From Candidatus Bilamarchaeaceae archaeon (GTDB lineage Archaea > Micrarchaeota > Micrarchaeia > Anstonellales > Bilamarchaeaceae), in assembly GCA_038870635.1 (NCBI GenBank), contig JAVZJR010000002.1, positions 76,929 to 140,928 of the forward strand: DNA of 64,000 bases. The letters run 5' to 3'. This document shows, piece after piece, positions 8,033-18,347 of the stretch; the stretch's first letter is position 1; every line of letters begins with the position of its first letter. The position numbers were made by a program, and so were the translations under genes. The notes under the pieces were generated by a model. The model saw only the letters and a program-made list of their open reading frames with translations. It was not told the DNA's origin and did not search any database.

Positions 8033-10753
8033 TCAACCATTACTTAAACTTAGCCCAAAAAGTTGCTTGGCCAAGTCAAACAAGTAATTGAAAACCCCTT
8101 TAAAGAAATTCAGCACCTGCTCGATAAATCCGGTTTTTTGGCCACTTCCTCCTGATATTGTTGATGACTGTGATTCTACAATAGATGAAAGAGCATAAAA
8201 GTTAAGTTTCCCGCTTTTGTATTCTGCAACGTAAATGCCAGTTTCAGTTGCTTCCATCCCTATGGGCATGAGCTGTGAAGTTTTATTTATATCTATCTTT
8301 GTGTAATTAACAACTTGGTACATCTCAATACCCATAGGATCCCGCCACTCAACTATATATTTACTACCAGGGGAAAGCGAGACTCCATTTAAGTCTTTCT
8401 GTAAATATCCTCTTAATCTGCCATTTTCGTAAAAGAGGATTTTATTGTATTTCCATGCAACAAACTTGTTTTCATCAGCATATGAACCAAGAACAATCTC
8501 GTCATTATATTGTATGCCATCATTATCCCGTTGGCCGATATACCGTAATATTTGATGGGCGGGAGAGTTTAGTGTATAAATACATGAAAATGTATTGCAT
8601 TCGCCTATAACTCGATTTCTTGATACATCTAATCTTCTTATAATTGTGTTATGTGTTTCTCCGTTGCAATCGTTCTCAGAACTTAGGAGGCATTCGTCGA
8701 TATAGCCGTAGCCGGGCGCATAAAATTTACCAGAAGATGTTATAATATCAAGCAACGGAGTTGCTGATGAATCAGTTAGGCTTTCAGCATATTCTGGCCA
8801 TTCCCAAATCTCAATTACATTTCCGTTTTGATCAAAGAGATATCCTTTAGGTGTTGTATCTCCTCTTTTCGCATTTTTTCTCGCCGCGATACCTGCATAC
8901 AATCGCGAACCATCATACGCAGGTATAAGAGTTGACGCTTGCTTACCCAAGCACATACTATTCGTCTTATAGGCGTATAATTGATTACCATTCGAGAGGT
9001 CATATGCATATATTTTACAGAATAAATCTGTGCTATCTACTGTTAAAACATATGCGTACTTTCCATTCTTGCTGAACTTAACAACATGTGGTATTTCATT
9101 CTGATAAGTTTTTGACCATAAAAGATTAGGCTGTGAAAGTGGCGTGTAATCATCTACAGAATCTGGTTGTAAGCATTTTATTTCATGTGGTGGTATTTTG
9201 ATATCAAAAGCATTTTCACTTATCGTAAAATTCTTTATAAGCGCAGTGCAATTTGATGAGGTTATTACAATTATACCGTTTGTACCTTTTATTGGTGCGC
9301 TTATTACTTCTTTAGCAGTTTCTTCACTGGTGCCGTTAATCTTGCCATACTCTCCTCGATACTGTCCTTTATCTGTTAGAATATTATACCATCCGCTCGA
9401 TGGATACCCAACATAGATATTTTTAGGCTTTTCAACGAGTACAAAATCTACGTAGTTATATATGTCATGGACATAAGTTATATCGCTATTATTGTAAACG
9501 AAATTGATGGTTGTTGAGTTATCAACATATCCATTTTTATGAGCAGTTAGTTTATACTTTCCCTCTGTCGTAAATGGCCGTAAGTGTCTGAAAGTATACG
9601 AACCATCTGCGCGTGTAAGTACTGGTGTTTTACCATTATCTATGTAAACACTTGCGTTTGGGATTGGGTTGCCGACTTCATCAACAACTTTCCCTTCAAC
9701 AATAAGGAATTGGGGATTTACATACACGACCACATAATCAATTAAATTATTATCTACGTCTGTTATTTCTATTCTAACGTAATCCGGATATGCATCTAAA
9801 CAGTGAACTTCTGTACTGAAAGTTATAGTCTCGTTGGCGTTAATCGCGAAATCATTGTATGAATATTTTTGGTTTCCCAAGTAATAATTTATATAGTAAT
9901 TGCCTGGCAACTCGCCACGGTTTGTTACGTTGACTTTTATTTCGAATCTATTCGTATGCGGCTCAATGCGTTTCACTACTGTAGAGCCATCAAAAAATAC
10001 ATCTGGTGGTAGCGGCAAATCGTTAACAATTAATTTATAAGTGTTGTATGACGAATACTCGTCATTGTCATCTGCTTCTACCACATTTGGATCTGAAGGC
10101 TGAACAACAACTTTTACAACATTAAACATGTCTTTCTCGTGCTCCCAGGGTATGCTGAAGCTCTTTTCATACCAACAATTTGGATACGGAACATAAGCAG
10201 GATTGTAGGGCGTTATGCACTTTAATTTTTCAGTATGTATTAGCTTCATATTGGGCGGGTCGAGGTTGATTCTATCATCATACCCTGCATAAATGTAAAC
10301 ATCAGCGCTATCTATATAAGCAAAACCTGCATTGATTACGCGGACATATAGTCTTTTTTCTTTCTCAATATATTTTACAGTGTCACTCGCAACAACCAAA
10401 TCAGGTGCAAATGCTTTATCATCTCTTGCGCACTCTTCCTTACAACTTTTTATAATAGGTACAATGTAAGCATTGATATCGTGTGCACATTGGAGTGATT
10501 TCATAACCGTCATAAAATCCGGTCCACGTGTTACATAGCTCGCCCACGCATTTATAATATCCAAAAACATATCTTTTGTACCGTACGAGCACCATTTAGT
10601 TATGAAGACATATGCTGGATTTTGTCTCCAAGCCAAAGTATACGCAGCGCATTGTGAAACACAAACCTCGGTTTGGTTTACTGCATTTTCAGCATAAAAA
10701 GACCCTAAAAACACGATCATTAACAAAAGAGTTTTCAAAACTTTGATTTCCAT
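8033..10753 (-). CDS. Large secreted multidomain protein (CARDB/Ig-like, carboxypeptidase-regulatory-like, probable beta-propeller)
   Basis: Signal peptide; PDLVV...V.N.G (CARDB-like); VEGKVVDEVGNPIPNASVYI; FSKNGKYAYV-type propeller blades; amphipathic C-terminal helix. Confidence 0.75.
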   Translation of the reverse strand: MEIKVLKTLLLMIVFLGSFYAENAVNQTEVCVSQCAAYTLAWRQNPAYVFITKWCSYGTKDMFLDIINAWASYVTRGPDFMTVMKSLQCAHDINAYIVPIIKSCKEECARDDKAFAPDLVVASDTVKYIEKEKRLYVRVINAGFAYIDSADVYIYAGYDDRINLDPPNMKLIHTEKLKCITPYNPAYVPYPNCWYEKSFSIPWEHEKDMFNVVKVVVQPSDPNVVEADDNDEYSSYNTYKLIVNDLPLPPDVFFDGSTVVKRIEPHTNRFEIKVNVTNRGELPGNYYINYYLGNQKYSYNDFAINANETITFSTEVHCLDAYPDYVRIEITDVDNNLIDYVVVYVNPQFLIVEGKVVDEVGNPIPNASVYIDNGKTPVLTRADGSYTFRHLRPFTTEGKYKLTAHKNGYVDNSTTINFVYNNSDITYVHDIYNYVDFVLVEKPKNIYVGYPSSGWYNILTDKGQYRGEYGKINGTSEETAKEVISAPIKGTNGIIVITSSNCTALIKNFTISENAFDIKIPPHEIKCLQPDSVDDYTPLSQPNLLWSKTYQNEIPHVVKFSKNGKYAYVLTVDSTDLFCKIYAYDLSNGNQLYAYKTNSMCLGKQASTLIPAYDGSRLYAGIAARKNAKRGDTTPKGYLFDQNGNVIEIWEWPEYAESLTDSSATPLLDIITSSGKFYAPGYGYIDECLLSSENDCNGETHNTIIRRLDVSRNRVIGECNTFSCIYTLNSPAHQILRYIGQRDNDGIQYNDEIVLGSYADENKFVAWKYNKILFYENGRLRGYLQKDLNGVSLSPGSKYIVEWRDPMGIEMYQVVNYTKIDINKTSQLMPIGMEATETGIYVAEYKSGKLNFYALSSIVESQSSTISGGSGQKTGFIEQVLNFFKGVFNYLFDLAKQLFGLSLSNG

Positions 10754-10834
10754 GCACTATATCTTTTTTCGAATATTTTAAGATTCTTTTCATATCTTAT
10801 ATATTTATAAACGTATTCATTTAAACTTATATTC

Positions 10835-11095
10835 GTGAAAACTAATATAAATTACAAGATTGTGCAAGCAATTTCTTCAGAAACAAGGATAAAAATTATG
10901 GAAGTGCTGGCAAAAGGCGAAGAATGTGCATGCAAACTTCCATCAGCGGTAAATAAGAGTCAGCCCGCGGTATCGCAGCATCTTGCTATTCTACGAAGCG
11001 CAGGGTTGGTAAGAGTAAGAAAAGAAGGTACTATGATGAAATATTCGCTCAGTGAAAAAGGAAAAAAAATAGTTCAAGACATGTGGAGGTGGTAG
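10835..11095 (+). CDS. arsR: ArsR/SmtB family transcriptional regulator
   Basis: TRIKIMEVL..GEECACKL...SQPAVSQHLAILRSAGLV. Confidence 0.9.
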   Translation: MKTNINYKIVQAISSETRIKIMEVLAKGEECACKLPSAVNKSQPAVSQHLAILRSAGLVRVRKEGTMMKYSLSEKGKKIVQDMWRW

Positions 11096-11096
11096 T

Positions 11097-11324
11097 ATGA
11101 AAATAGAGATATTGGGAAGCGGATGCTCAAGATGCAAAATGCTTGAATCAAATGTTGTAGACGCAGTCAAGCGCAGCGGAAAGAAAGCAGAGATTGTTAA
11201 AATAACGAAATATGAAGATATCGTGTCTTACGGTGTTATGTCCACTCCTGCACTGGTCATAGATGGCAGGATAGTATCACAGGGAAGGATACCGAGCTCT
11301 GATGAAATCTTAAAAATGTTGTGA
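11097..11324 (+). CDS. Small redox-active disulfide protein (MTH895/ArsE thioredoxin-like)
   Basis: MKIEILGSGCSRC...YGVMSTPALVIDG. Confidence 0.9.
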   Translation: MKIEILGSGCSRCKMLESNVVDAVKRSGKKAEIVKITKYEDIVSYGVMSTPALVIDGRIVSQGRIPSSDEILKML

Positions 11325-11328
11325 TAAA

Positions 11329-12294
11329 ATGGGCGTATTGGAAGATTTTGGCGGATGGGTGGTGTATAATCTATTCGGAATGGTGCATGGCGACCCTTTA
11401 GCAGAAGCCCTCCATTTTTTTATCTACGACACAATAAAAATATTTCTTTTATTGTTTTTTATAACGTTTATTGTTGGCATACTCAGAACATACATCACAC
11501 CAGAAAGAATACGCGCATTCTTAGCGCATCGAAAATACGGAAGTGGAAACATAATGGCGGCGTTGTTAGGGATACCAACACCATTTTGCACCTGTTCTAT
11601 TATACCTCTCTTCATTGGTTTTATACGTGCAGGTGTACCTTTGGGTATTACTTTTAGTTTACTTATAGCCAGTCCAGTTATCAACGAAGTTGCAATAGTT
11701 ATGCTGCTTGGCTTAGTTGGCCCTTATATAACAGCATTGTATATAGGGATTGGTTTTGTCATAGCAGTAGTCGTTGGCTATATTTTGGGGTTAATGAACC
11801 TCGATGATCAGATAGAAGAATTTGTTACTAAGGGAAATGCAGGAAAGATTGCGGAAAATGAAAATTCAAACTTAAAATTCAAAGAAAGGATTACGATTGC
11901 GTTAGAAGAAAGCAAAGATTTACTTTCACAAGTATGGTTTTATATTTTTATTGGGATAGGGGTAGGTAGTTTTATTCATGGTTATGTACCCGAGGATTTT
12001 TTTGTTAATTACGCTGGACCACAAAATCCATTTGCAGTGCCAATCGCCATTATAATAGGAATTCCTTTATATTCAAATGCCGCAGGAGCAATACCAATAA
12101 TACAAGCACTTATGAATAAAGGAATGGCTACAGGAACAGCATTGGTGCTGATGATGAGTATAACTGCGTTATCTTTTCCCCAGTTGCTTATACTGAGAAA
12201 AGTAGTAAAGACAAAACTTCTCTTGACGCTTGTGGCTATATTGGCGATTTCATTTATATTTATCGGTTACTTGTTAAATTACTTGATTGGATAA
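11329..12294 (+). CDS. ArsP/DUF318 family permease
   Basis: TPFCTCSIIPLF, LIASPVINE, GIPLYSNAAG, TALSFP motifs; operon with ArsR and thioredoxin. Confidence 0.88.
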   Translation: MGVLEDFGGWVVYNLFGMVHGDPLAEALHFFIYDTIKIFLLLFFITFIVGILRTYITPERIRAFLAHRKYGSGNIMAALLGIPTPFCTCSIIPLFIGFIRAGVPLGITFSLLIASPVINEVAIVMLLGLVGPYITALYIGIGFVIAVVVGYILGLMNLDDQIEEFVTKGNAGKIAENENSNLKFKERITIALEESKDLLSQVWFYIFIGIGVGSFIHGYVPEDFFVNYAGPQNPFAVPIAIIIGIPLYSNAAGAIPIIQALMNKGMATGTALVLMMSITALSFPQLLILRKVVKTKLLLTLVAILAISFIFIGYLLNYLIG

Positions 12295-13059
12295 TTAACT
12301 TTTCATATTTTCGAATGCCTTTGCGCCCACGATGTTTGCAACTATCACAAAAACCAGTGTTATTACTAAATCAGTTGTTGTATCATACTGCCATATGTTA
12401 ACTACGGTGCCTCGCATAAGATCAACAGTATATGTAAGCGGGTTAACTATTGTAAGCAAAGCCAAAATACCTGTAAGATTGGTAACTGGAAAGAGTGCAC
12501 CAGAGAGGAAAAACAAAGGGAATAATATCAGTGAAGAAAGGAGTTGAAATCCTTCTGGTGATTCCATAAAAGCGCCAACTGTTAATCCGATAGCAGTTAA
12601 GCCTGCTGAGCTAAGTGCAACAAGACTAATTGCGTTAATTATCACACCAAATGAATAATTCATGCCAATAAGATAGCCAAAGAGAAGTATTACAAGCGCC
12701 TCAATAATCGATGTTGTTACACCACCTAAAACTTTTCCAATAAAGATAGACGACCTACCCAGAGGAGAAACAAGCACTGCTTTTAGTACATCTATTTTTT
12801 TATCCCAAACAAGATATGCCCCGTAAAATAATGACGAAAAAAGGAATGTTTGAACAAGAACACCTGGGAATATGAATTTTTGGTAATCCGCTCCTTCGAT
12901 TATTACACTGCGGGATAACCCGGCCCCAAAAATAACTAGCCAAATTATAGGTCCAACAAGGACCGAAACTAATCTTGGTTTTTCCCTGTAAAATACTTTT
13001 AATTCTCTCCACCATATAGCGTATACCCCTGCCAAAGTGCTTATTTTGTTTTCTTTCAT
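12295..13059 (-). CDS. ABC-2 type exporter permease (DrrB-like)
   Basis: Six TM segments, FFLSGALFP, NPLTYTVD. Confidence 0.9.
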   Translation of the reverse strand: MKENKISTLAGVYAIWWRELKVFYREKPRLVSVLVGPIIWLVIFGAGLSRSVIIEGADYQKFIFPGVLVQTFLFSSLFYGAYLVWDKKIDVLKAVLVSPLGRSSIFIGKVLGGVTTSIIEALVILLFGYLIGMNYSFGVIINAISLVALSSAGLTAIGLTVGAFMESPEGFQLLSSLILFPLFFLSGALFPVTNLTGILALLTIVNPLTYTVDLMRGTVVNIWQYDTTTDLVITLVFVIVANIVGAKAFENMKS

Positions 13060-14018
13060 TTATTTGTCACCTCATACTGTATGACCTTTTGAAACCAGCT
13101 GCTCTCTTCTTCTTCAAGTCCTTTTCCAGTAAATCTTAGAAAAACATCTCCTAATGTAGGTCTGTGTACCTCTACATATTCAGTATCAATATTTCTTAAG
13201 ATGGTTTGTAGGTTTTGTGCCGCATTTTCAACAGTAACTAAAAAGCGGCCTTTCTTTTTTTCTATTTTCTTAACGAAACTGAATTGCTTTAACTTTTTTA
13301 TGTCGAGATTTTTTGCTGTTAACAATACAAGGTCGCCCCCCATCATTTGTTTTAATTTTTCAGGTTTGTCTGTTATTACTGCGTGACCATGATCTATTAT
13401 ACAAACGCGATCTGTAAGGCTATCCGCTTCCTCCATGTAGTGTGTTGTTAATAATATAGTCATCTCCAACTCTTTAACTAAGCGTTTTATATACCTCCAA
13501 ATAATCTCTCTGCCGCGGGGGTCAAGACCTAGCGTGGGTTCATCTAAAAAAAGTACTTTTGGCTTATGCAGAAGGCCACGTGCAATCTCCAATCTTCTTC
13601 TCATTCCACCAGAATATGTTTTTACAAGTGAATCTTTTCTATCGTATAACTCAACAAGATTTAGATTTTCCTCTATACGCTTTTCTATTTCATCCTTTGG
13701 TATACCATATATCAATGAATGCATTTTAAGATTCTCGTAACCTGTGAGTAGTTCATCAGAGCTTGGTTCTTGGAATACTATTCCTATACTCTCTCTTACT
13801 TTAGTTTGTTGCGTGCAGATATCGTATCCATTTACTTTTGCAGTCCCTTTGGTTGGAGCGATTAATGTAGAAAGCATCTTTATTGTAGTTGTTTTCCCAG
13901 CGCCATTTGGTCCAAGGAATCCAAAAACTTCTCCTTCTTCTATATTTATATTTAAATCTTTAACTGCTTTTATTTTACCATAGTTCTTTGTTAAATTAAT
14001 GGTTTTTATAATTGGCAT
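13056..14018 (-). CDS. ABC exporter ATP-binding subunit (DrrA-like)
   Basis: GPNGAGKTT, YSGGMRRRLEIA, LFLDEPT. Confidence 0.95.
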   Translation of the reverse strand: MPIIKTINLTKNYGKIKAVKDLNINIEEGEVFGFLGPNGAGKTTTIKMLSTLIAPTKGTAKVNGYDICTQQTKVRESIGIVFQEPSSDELLTGYENLKMHSLIYGIPKDEIEKRIEENLNLVELYDRKDSLVKTYSGGMRRRLEIARGLLHKPKVLFLDEPTLGLDPRGREIIWRYIKRLVKELEMTILLTTHYMEEADSLTDRVCIIDHGHAVITDKPEKLKQMMGGDLVLLTAKNLDIKKLKQFSFVKKIEKKKGRFLVTVENAAQNLQTILRNIDTEYVEVHRPTLGDVFLRFTGKGLEEEESSWFQKVIQYEVTNK

Positions 14019-14323
14019 GCCTAAAATAATGCAAACAATTAATTTAATACTTTCTTAAATTAAAATTTATTATAAACTCTTCATCGTCCTGTTTTTTTAC
14101 GAAAGATATTCTATCATCATTAGCGTATACCATTTTGAAATCATTCCAGCCTAACGCTAACATAAGAAAGCTCATCGCTTCCCATTTTTTTTCTTTGTCT
14201 TCATTTAAGATATATTTCATTATTTTTTCAATTTTTTCATATTTTTCAAACGCTGTCTTATTTTTGTTCAGTCCTCTTTTGTGTTCTTATTTTGCTATAA
14301 TTGTTATAAGATGAAAAAACTAT

Positions 14324-17005
14324 TTATTTGTTTTGATTTTGATTAAATTCTGCCTCCTCATTGTTCTCGAAATTTTTTATATACCACATTTTTACTAATT
14401 GCGTAAGCACAAAATAAGACGCGATTATGATTGGGAGTACTATCCAATAAGTGAGTGGCAATTCAACAAAACCTAAAGCAGGAGCAAGAGGTGAAAAAAC
14501 AAGAGCGATGGCTATCACAGATATTGCTACAGACGCAAATAACAATTGAGGGGAGGCCATGCTTTCTATAAAAGGTATCCTATTTGTTCTTATAATGTGT
14601 ATGATTAAGCTTTGTGTTATGAGCGATTCTATAAACCAACCAGTATGGAATAATGCCGCTTTTTCTATTGTGTTCGCACCGATTACAAACCACATAAAAC
14701 CATAAGTTATGTAATCAAAAATAGAACTTACCGGTCCTATGAATACAATGAAATTTTTTATTTTATCAAGGTTCCATTTTTTTGGTTTTGATAGCCATTC
14801 TTTATCAACGTTATCCGTAGGGATAGCAGTTTGAGAAAGATCATAAAGGAGATTATTTGTTAATATCTGGAGAGGAAGCATTGGGAGGAATGGTAATAAA
14901 ATCGATGCACCAACAACAGAAAACATATTCCCGAAGTTGGAGCTTGCAGCCATTCTGACATATTTTACAATATTGCCAAAAACTCGTCTTCCTTCTATTA
15001 TTCCATCTTCTAATACAAGAAGATTTTTTTCTAATAGTATTACATCAGATGTTTCTTTTGCTATATCTACAGCAGAATCAACTGAAATGCCCACATCCGC
15101 TGCTTTTAGAGCCGGCGCATCATTTATACCATCCCCAAGATAACCTACTGTATGCTTATTTTTTTGGAGCGCTCTTATTATTCTTTCTTTGTGCATTGGC
15201 GAAAGTTTAACAAATATGTTATTATGTTCAACAGTTATCTTAAGCTCCTCATCATCCATCTTATCTATATCATTTCCAAAAACTATTCCTTTTATTTCCA
15301 TTCCTATATCACGTGCTATTTTTTTAGTGACTAAGTCATTGTCACCGGTCAATATTTTTACTTCGATACCATTGTCTTTCATTAGTTTTACTGCTTCACT
15401 TGCGCTTTCTTTTGGTGGGTCTAAAAATGCAACAAAACCTATTAGGGTCAAATCATTTTCGTCTTGTATTGAATATATTTTTTTCTCCATTGGTACTTCT
15501 TTATAGGCTATTGCTATCACTCTGAACCCATCTTCGCAAAGCGATCTTACTAAGTTTTTCATCTCTTCAAAGTCATTGGTGGTTGGTTTCCTTTTCTTAC
15601 CATTGTACTCTACATTTTTTGTTACCTCAAATATTTCCTCCACCGACCCTTTGCATATCAGGAGCTGTTTTTCATTCTTTTGGTTTACGATAACTGACAT
15701 TCTCTTTCTTTTAAAGTCCCACGGTATCTCATCTACTTTTGTGTAGTTCTTCATTTGGTGGGTGAGATTTTTTTGATTACCATATTCTACTACTGATATG
15801 TCCATCATATTCTTCAGGCCTGTTTGGTGATAGCTGTTGGTATACGCATAAAGTAATACTTCATCGTTTTCATCTCCTCGTATGTCTATGTGTTTTTCCA
15901 ATATAACGCGCCCTTGTGTTAAGGTGCCTGTTTTATCTGTGCAAAGTATGTCTATGGCACCAAAATTTTGAATTGAGTTGAGTCTTTTGACTATGACTTT
16001 TTTCTCCGCCATTTTTGTTGCTCCCTGTGCAAGGTTAACGCTTACTATCATCGGCAGCATCTCTGGAGTTAAACCAACTGCAACTGCTATTGCAAAAAGG
16101 AGCGCTTCTCCAAGGTCGTTCTTTGTTATTGCGTTTATAAGGAAAATAAGCGGCACCATAACGAGCATGAATTTTATCATCAAAATTGTGAATCCTTCTA
16201 TTCCCTTATCGAATTCTGTTTTCACTTGTAGATGCTGAAGGCTTTCTGCTATTGCACCAAAGTAGGTGTGCTGGCCAGTGGCAATTATAACTGCAGTAGC
16301 AGTGCCGCTTTCTACGTTAGTGCCCATAAAACACATATTCTGCAGTTCAAATGGGCTATGCACCTCCTTGTGGTCTCGCGGTATTGCGTGTTTCTCAACT
16401 GGCAATGCTTCTCCTGTGAGCGTGCATTGATTAACGAAAAGATCTTTTGATTCTATTAACCTGACATCTGCTGGCACTATATCTCCTGCGGATAAATATA
16501 TCACGTCGCCCGGCACAAGGTTAATTATTGGTATTTCTTGCTTTTGTCCATTTCTTATTACTGTTGCAGTTGTTCTTACCATTGCTTTTAGTTTTTCAGC
16601 AGCCTCATCTGCTTTTGTTTCTTGTAAAAATCGCAACAGCACTGCCACTAAAATCATAAATAATATTATTATTGTGGATGGAATGTTTTCTGTAAGATAT
16701 GAAACTATTGCCAACAAAGTGAGGAGGAGGTTCAATGGATTTTTATATGCTTCTATAAGATAGTCGAGCTTACTTTTTTTAACTATCTTAATCGCTCTGT
16801 TTTCGCCATACGCCCTAAGTCTTATCTTCGCTTCTCTGGTCGTTAATCCAGTTGGCGTAGTCTTAAGTTTTTCAAAAAGGGCGTTTATTTCCATTCCAGA
16901 TGTTTCTATTATATTGCTTGAAAGTCGGATGTATTTCTCTATTCGTGGTTTGTATTTTTTTTTCTTTGGCTGTGTTAGAAAATCTAATACGCCCACGTTT
17001 CCCAC
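14324..17005 (-). CDS. mgtA: Magnesium-translocating P-type ATPase
   Basis: TGEALP, PEMLP, DKTGTLT, GDGINDAP, SSNFGNMFS motifs of P3B ATPases. Confidence 0.92.
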   Translation of the reverse strand: MGNVGVLDFLTQPKKKKYKPRIEKYIRLSSNIIETSGMEINALFEKLKTTPTGLTTREAKIRLRAYGENRAIKIVKKSKLDYLIEAYKNPLNLLLTLLAIVSYLTENIPSTIIILFMILVAVLLRFLQETKADEAAEKLKAMVRTTATVIRNGQKQEIPIINLVPGDVIYLSAGDIVPADVRLIESKDLFVNQCTLTGEALPVEKHAIPRDHKEVHSPFELQNMCFMGTNVESGTATAVIIATGQHTYFGAIAESLQHLQVKTEFDKGIEGFTILMIKFMLVMVPLIFLINAITKNDLGEALLFAIAVAVGLTPEMLPMIVSVNLAQGATKMAEKKVIVKRLNSIQNFGAIDILCTDKTGTLTQGRVILEKHIDIRGDENDEVLLYAYTNSYHQTGLKNMMDISVVEYGNQKNLTHQMKNYTKVDEIPWDFKRKRMSVIVNQKNEKQLLICKGSVEEIFEVTKNVEYNGKKRKPTTNDFEEMKNLVRSLCEDGFRVIAIAYKEVPMEKKIYSIQDENDLTLIGFVAFLDPPKESASEAVKLMKDNGIEVKILTGDNDLVTKKIARDIGMEIKGIVFGNDIDKMDDEELKITVEHNNIFVKLSPMHKERIIRALQKNKHTVGYLGDGINDAPALKAADVGISVDSAVDIAKETSDVILLEKNLLVLEDGIIEGRRVFGNIVKYVRMAASSNFGNMFSVVGASILLPFLPMLPLQILTNNLLYDLSQTAIPTDNVDKEWLSKPKKWNLDKIKNFIVFIGPVSSIFDYITYGFMWFVIGANTIEKAALFHTGWFIESLITQSLIIHIIRTNRIPFIESMASPQLLFASVAISVIAIALVFSPLAPALGFVELPLTYWIVLPIIIASYFVLTQLVKMWYIKNFENNEEAEFNQNQNK

Positions 17006-17085
17006 CTTGCAAAAATCTTTTGCAGCTAAGATATATATTCTTTTCTCAATTACATTTTTTGATGAATACCATTACAAACAAAAAA

Positions 17086-17278
17086 ATGCCTCAATCACTT
17101 GCCGTAGGTTTACTTAAAGATGATGAGCGTATTCTTTTTTTAATTTAGATGAAAAAGAAAAGAAACATTTGAAATCCCCATAGTTCCAGTTTTTGAAGGA
17201 GAAAATCATATTTTTTTGCTTAAGAATTTTTTTCTAAATGTTGCAAATTTGGATGTGGAGGGAGGTGATGTTCTATAA
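17086..17278 (+). pseudogene. Degraded remnant, weakly NUDIX-like
   Basis: MPQSLAVGLLKDDERILFL, then in a shifted frame FEIPIVPVFEGENHIFLLKNFFLNVANLDV. Confidence 0.3.
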
Positions 17279-17301
17279 AATTACAGTTAGTTATTACCTT
17301 T

Positions 17302-17821
17302 ATGGCGGATGACAATATTCAAATTGGAAGTAAACGAAGTTTTCTTTTTGTATTACTAGTTAGTATCCTTACTTTGGGTTTGTATTGGTTGTATTGGTTT
17401 TACAAGACTAATGATGAGGTTAAGAACTATGCGCGCTTAAATTCTTCTCCCATTTTGCGCTTACTTGGGCGAATATTTTTTAGTTGGCTTTTTGTTTCCG
17501 GCACCTATGTTATTTATGTTTAGCTCAAAGATGTAAAAGAGGTGGCGGAGAAACGCTCAATTGACGCGCCAAGCCCTTTGCTTAATTCTTTGCTTTTTTC
17601 GTAGTTCCTTTTTGGGGCTTTATGTAACCTCTCGTGTGCAAGCGACCTTGAATAACTTGTGGGATGCACCGCTAAATAAAAATATAACCATAAACCAAAA
17701 TGATGCGCAAAAAGAGAAATCTAATAACGAAAGTGTTTTTGTTAAATGCCCGTGCTGCAAAACCAAAAATCCGGAGAATAATAATTTTTGCTATAAATGT
17801 GGAGAACGTTTGGCAAACTAA
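17302..17821 (+). pseudogene. DUF4234-like membrane protein with C-terminal zinc ribbon, interrupted
   Basis: LLVSILTLGLYWLYWFYK; in-frame TAG at 17521 plus a downstream frameshift; C-terminal CPCC..N..N.FC.KCG. Confidence 0.65.
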
Positions 17822-17890
17822 TTTGTGGCGCATACCGTTCAACCGACCCGTCACGGCTTTTTGCTCTGGTGGCCATTAAGTATGCACCAC
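17821..17890 (-). ncRNA. H/ACA pseudouridylation guide sRNA (single hairpin with k-turn)
   Basis: Minus strand GUGGUGCAUAC-UUAAU-GGCCACCAGAGCAAAAAGCCGUGACGGGUCGGUU-GAACG-GUAUGCGCC-ACA-AAU: lower stem, pocket, GA/CGU-GA k-turn, ACA box 14 nt from the top of the pocket. Confidence 0.75.
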
Positions 17891-17925
17891 GTAAAAATTA
17901 TTAATTTTCTTTATTTAATTCTTTC

Positions 17926-18345
17926 GTGATGCGTATGAAGACCTATACTGATTACTTAGTTTTTAATACAAGAAGTAGAATTGAGTTCGTTAGAATAACT
18001 GATCAAGTGAATGACGTAATAGAGCGTAGCGGCATTCGAGATGGAATCGTATTAGTAAATCCAATGCACATAACTGCAGCAGTTATCGTAAACGATGATG
18101 AAAATGGGTTGAAAAGAGATTTTATTCGTGTTCTTCAAAAACTTATTCCATACGATGATAATTACGAGCACAACGTAGGTGAAGACAATGCCGCAGCCCA
18201 TATATGGCGGCAATTTATGGGCCATCAAGTTGTTATGCCTGTCCGAAATGGACGGCTTGAGCTTGGCAGATGGGAACAACTTTTCTATTGTGAATTCGAT
18301 GGCCAGAGAACAAAAAGAGTTTTGGTGAAAGTGATTGGAGAATAA
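17926..18345 (+). CDS. yjbQ: YjbQ/UPF0047 family protein
   Basis: [36 protein letters not shown]. Confidence 0.92.
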   Translation: MMRMKTYTDYLVFNTRSRIEFVRITDQVNDVIERSGIRDGIVLVNPMHITAAVIVNDDENGLKRDFIRVLQKLIPYDDNYEHNVGEDNAAAHIWRQFMGHQVVMPVRNGRLELGRWEQLFYCEFDGQRTKRVLVKVIGE

Positions 18346-18347
18346 TT

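Noticed and set aside
14050..14310. Short coding-like stretch on the minus strand (KYILNEDKEKKWEAMSFLMLALGW)
   Set aside because: Probably a gene remnant with an upstream stop; no recognisable family, so not called
17006..17300. Mg2+ riboswitch or leader peptide upstream of mgtA
   Set aside because: No M-box-like structure or Pro-rich leader seen; region is occupied by an opposite-strand gene remnant
17521..17523. TAG readthrough or recoding (pyrrolysine or alternative code)
   Set aside because: TAG is the normal stop of several core genes here (atpK, atpE, atpC, aIF6, ftsY, dph5), and the same gene also has a frameshift
17821..17890. 23S A-loop as target of the H/ACA guide
   Set aside because: Pairing to UGUUC-GC-CCAUUAA would leave G-C, not U, in the pocket; the 16S site fits better
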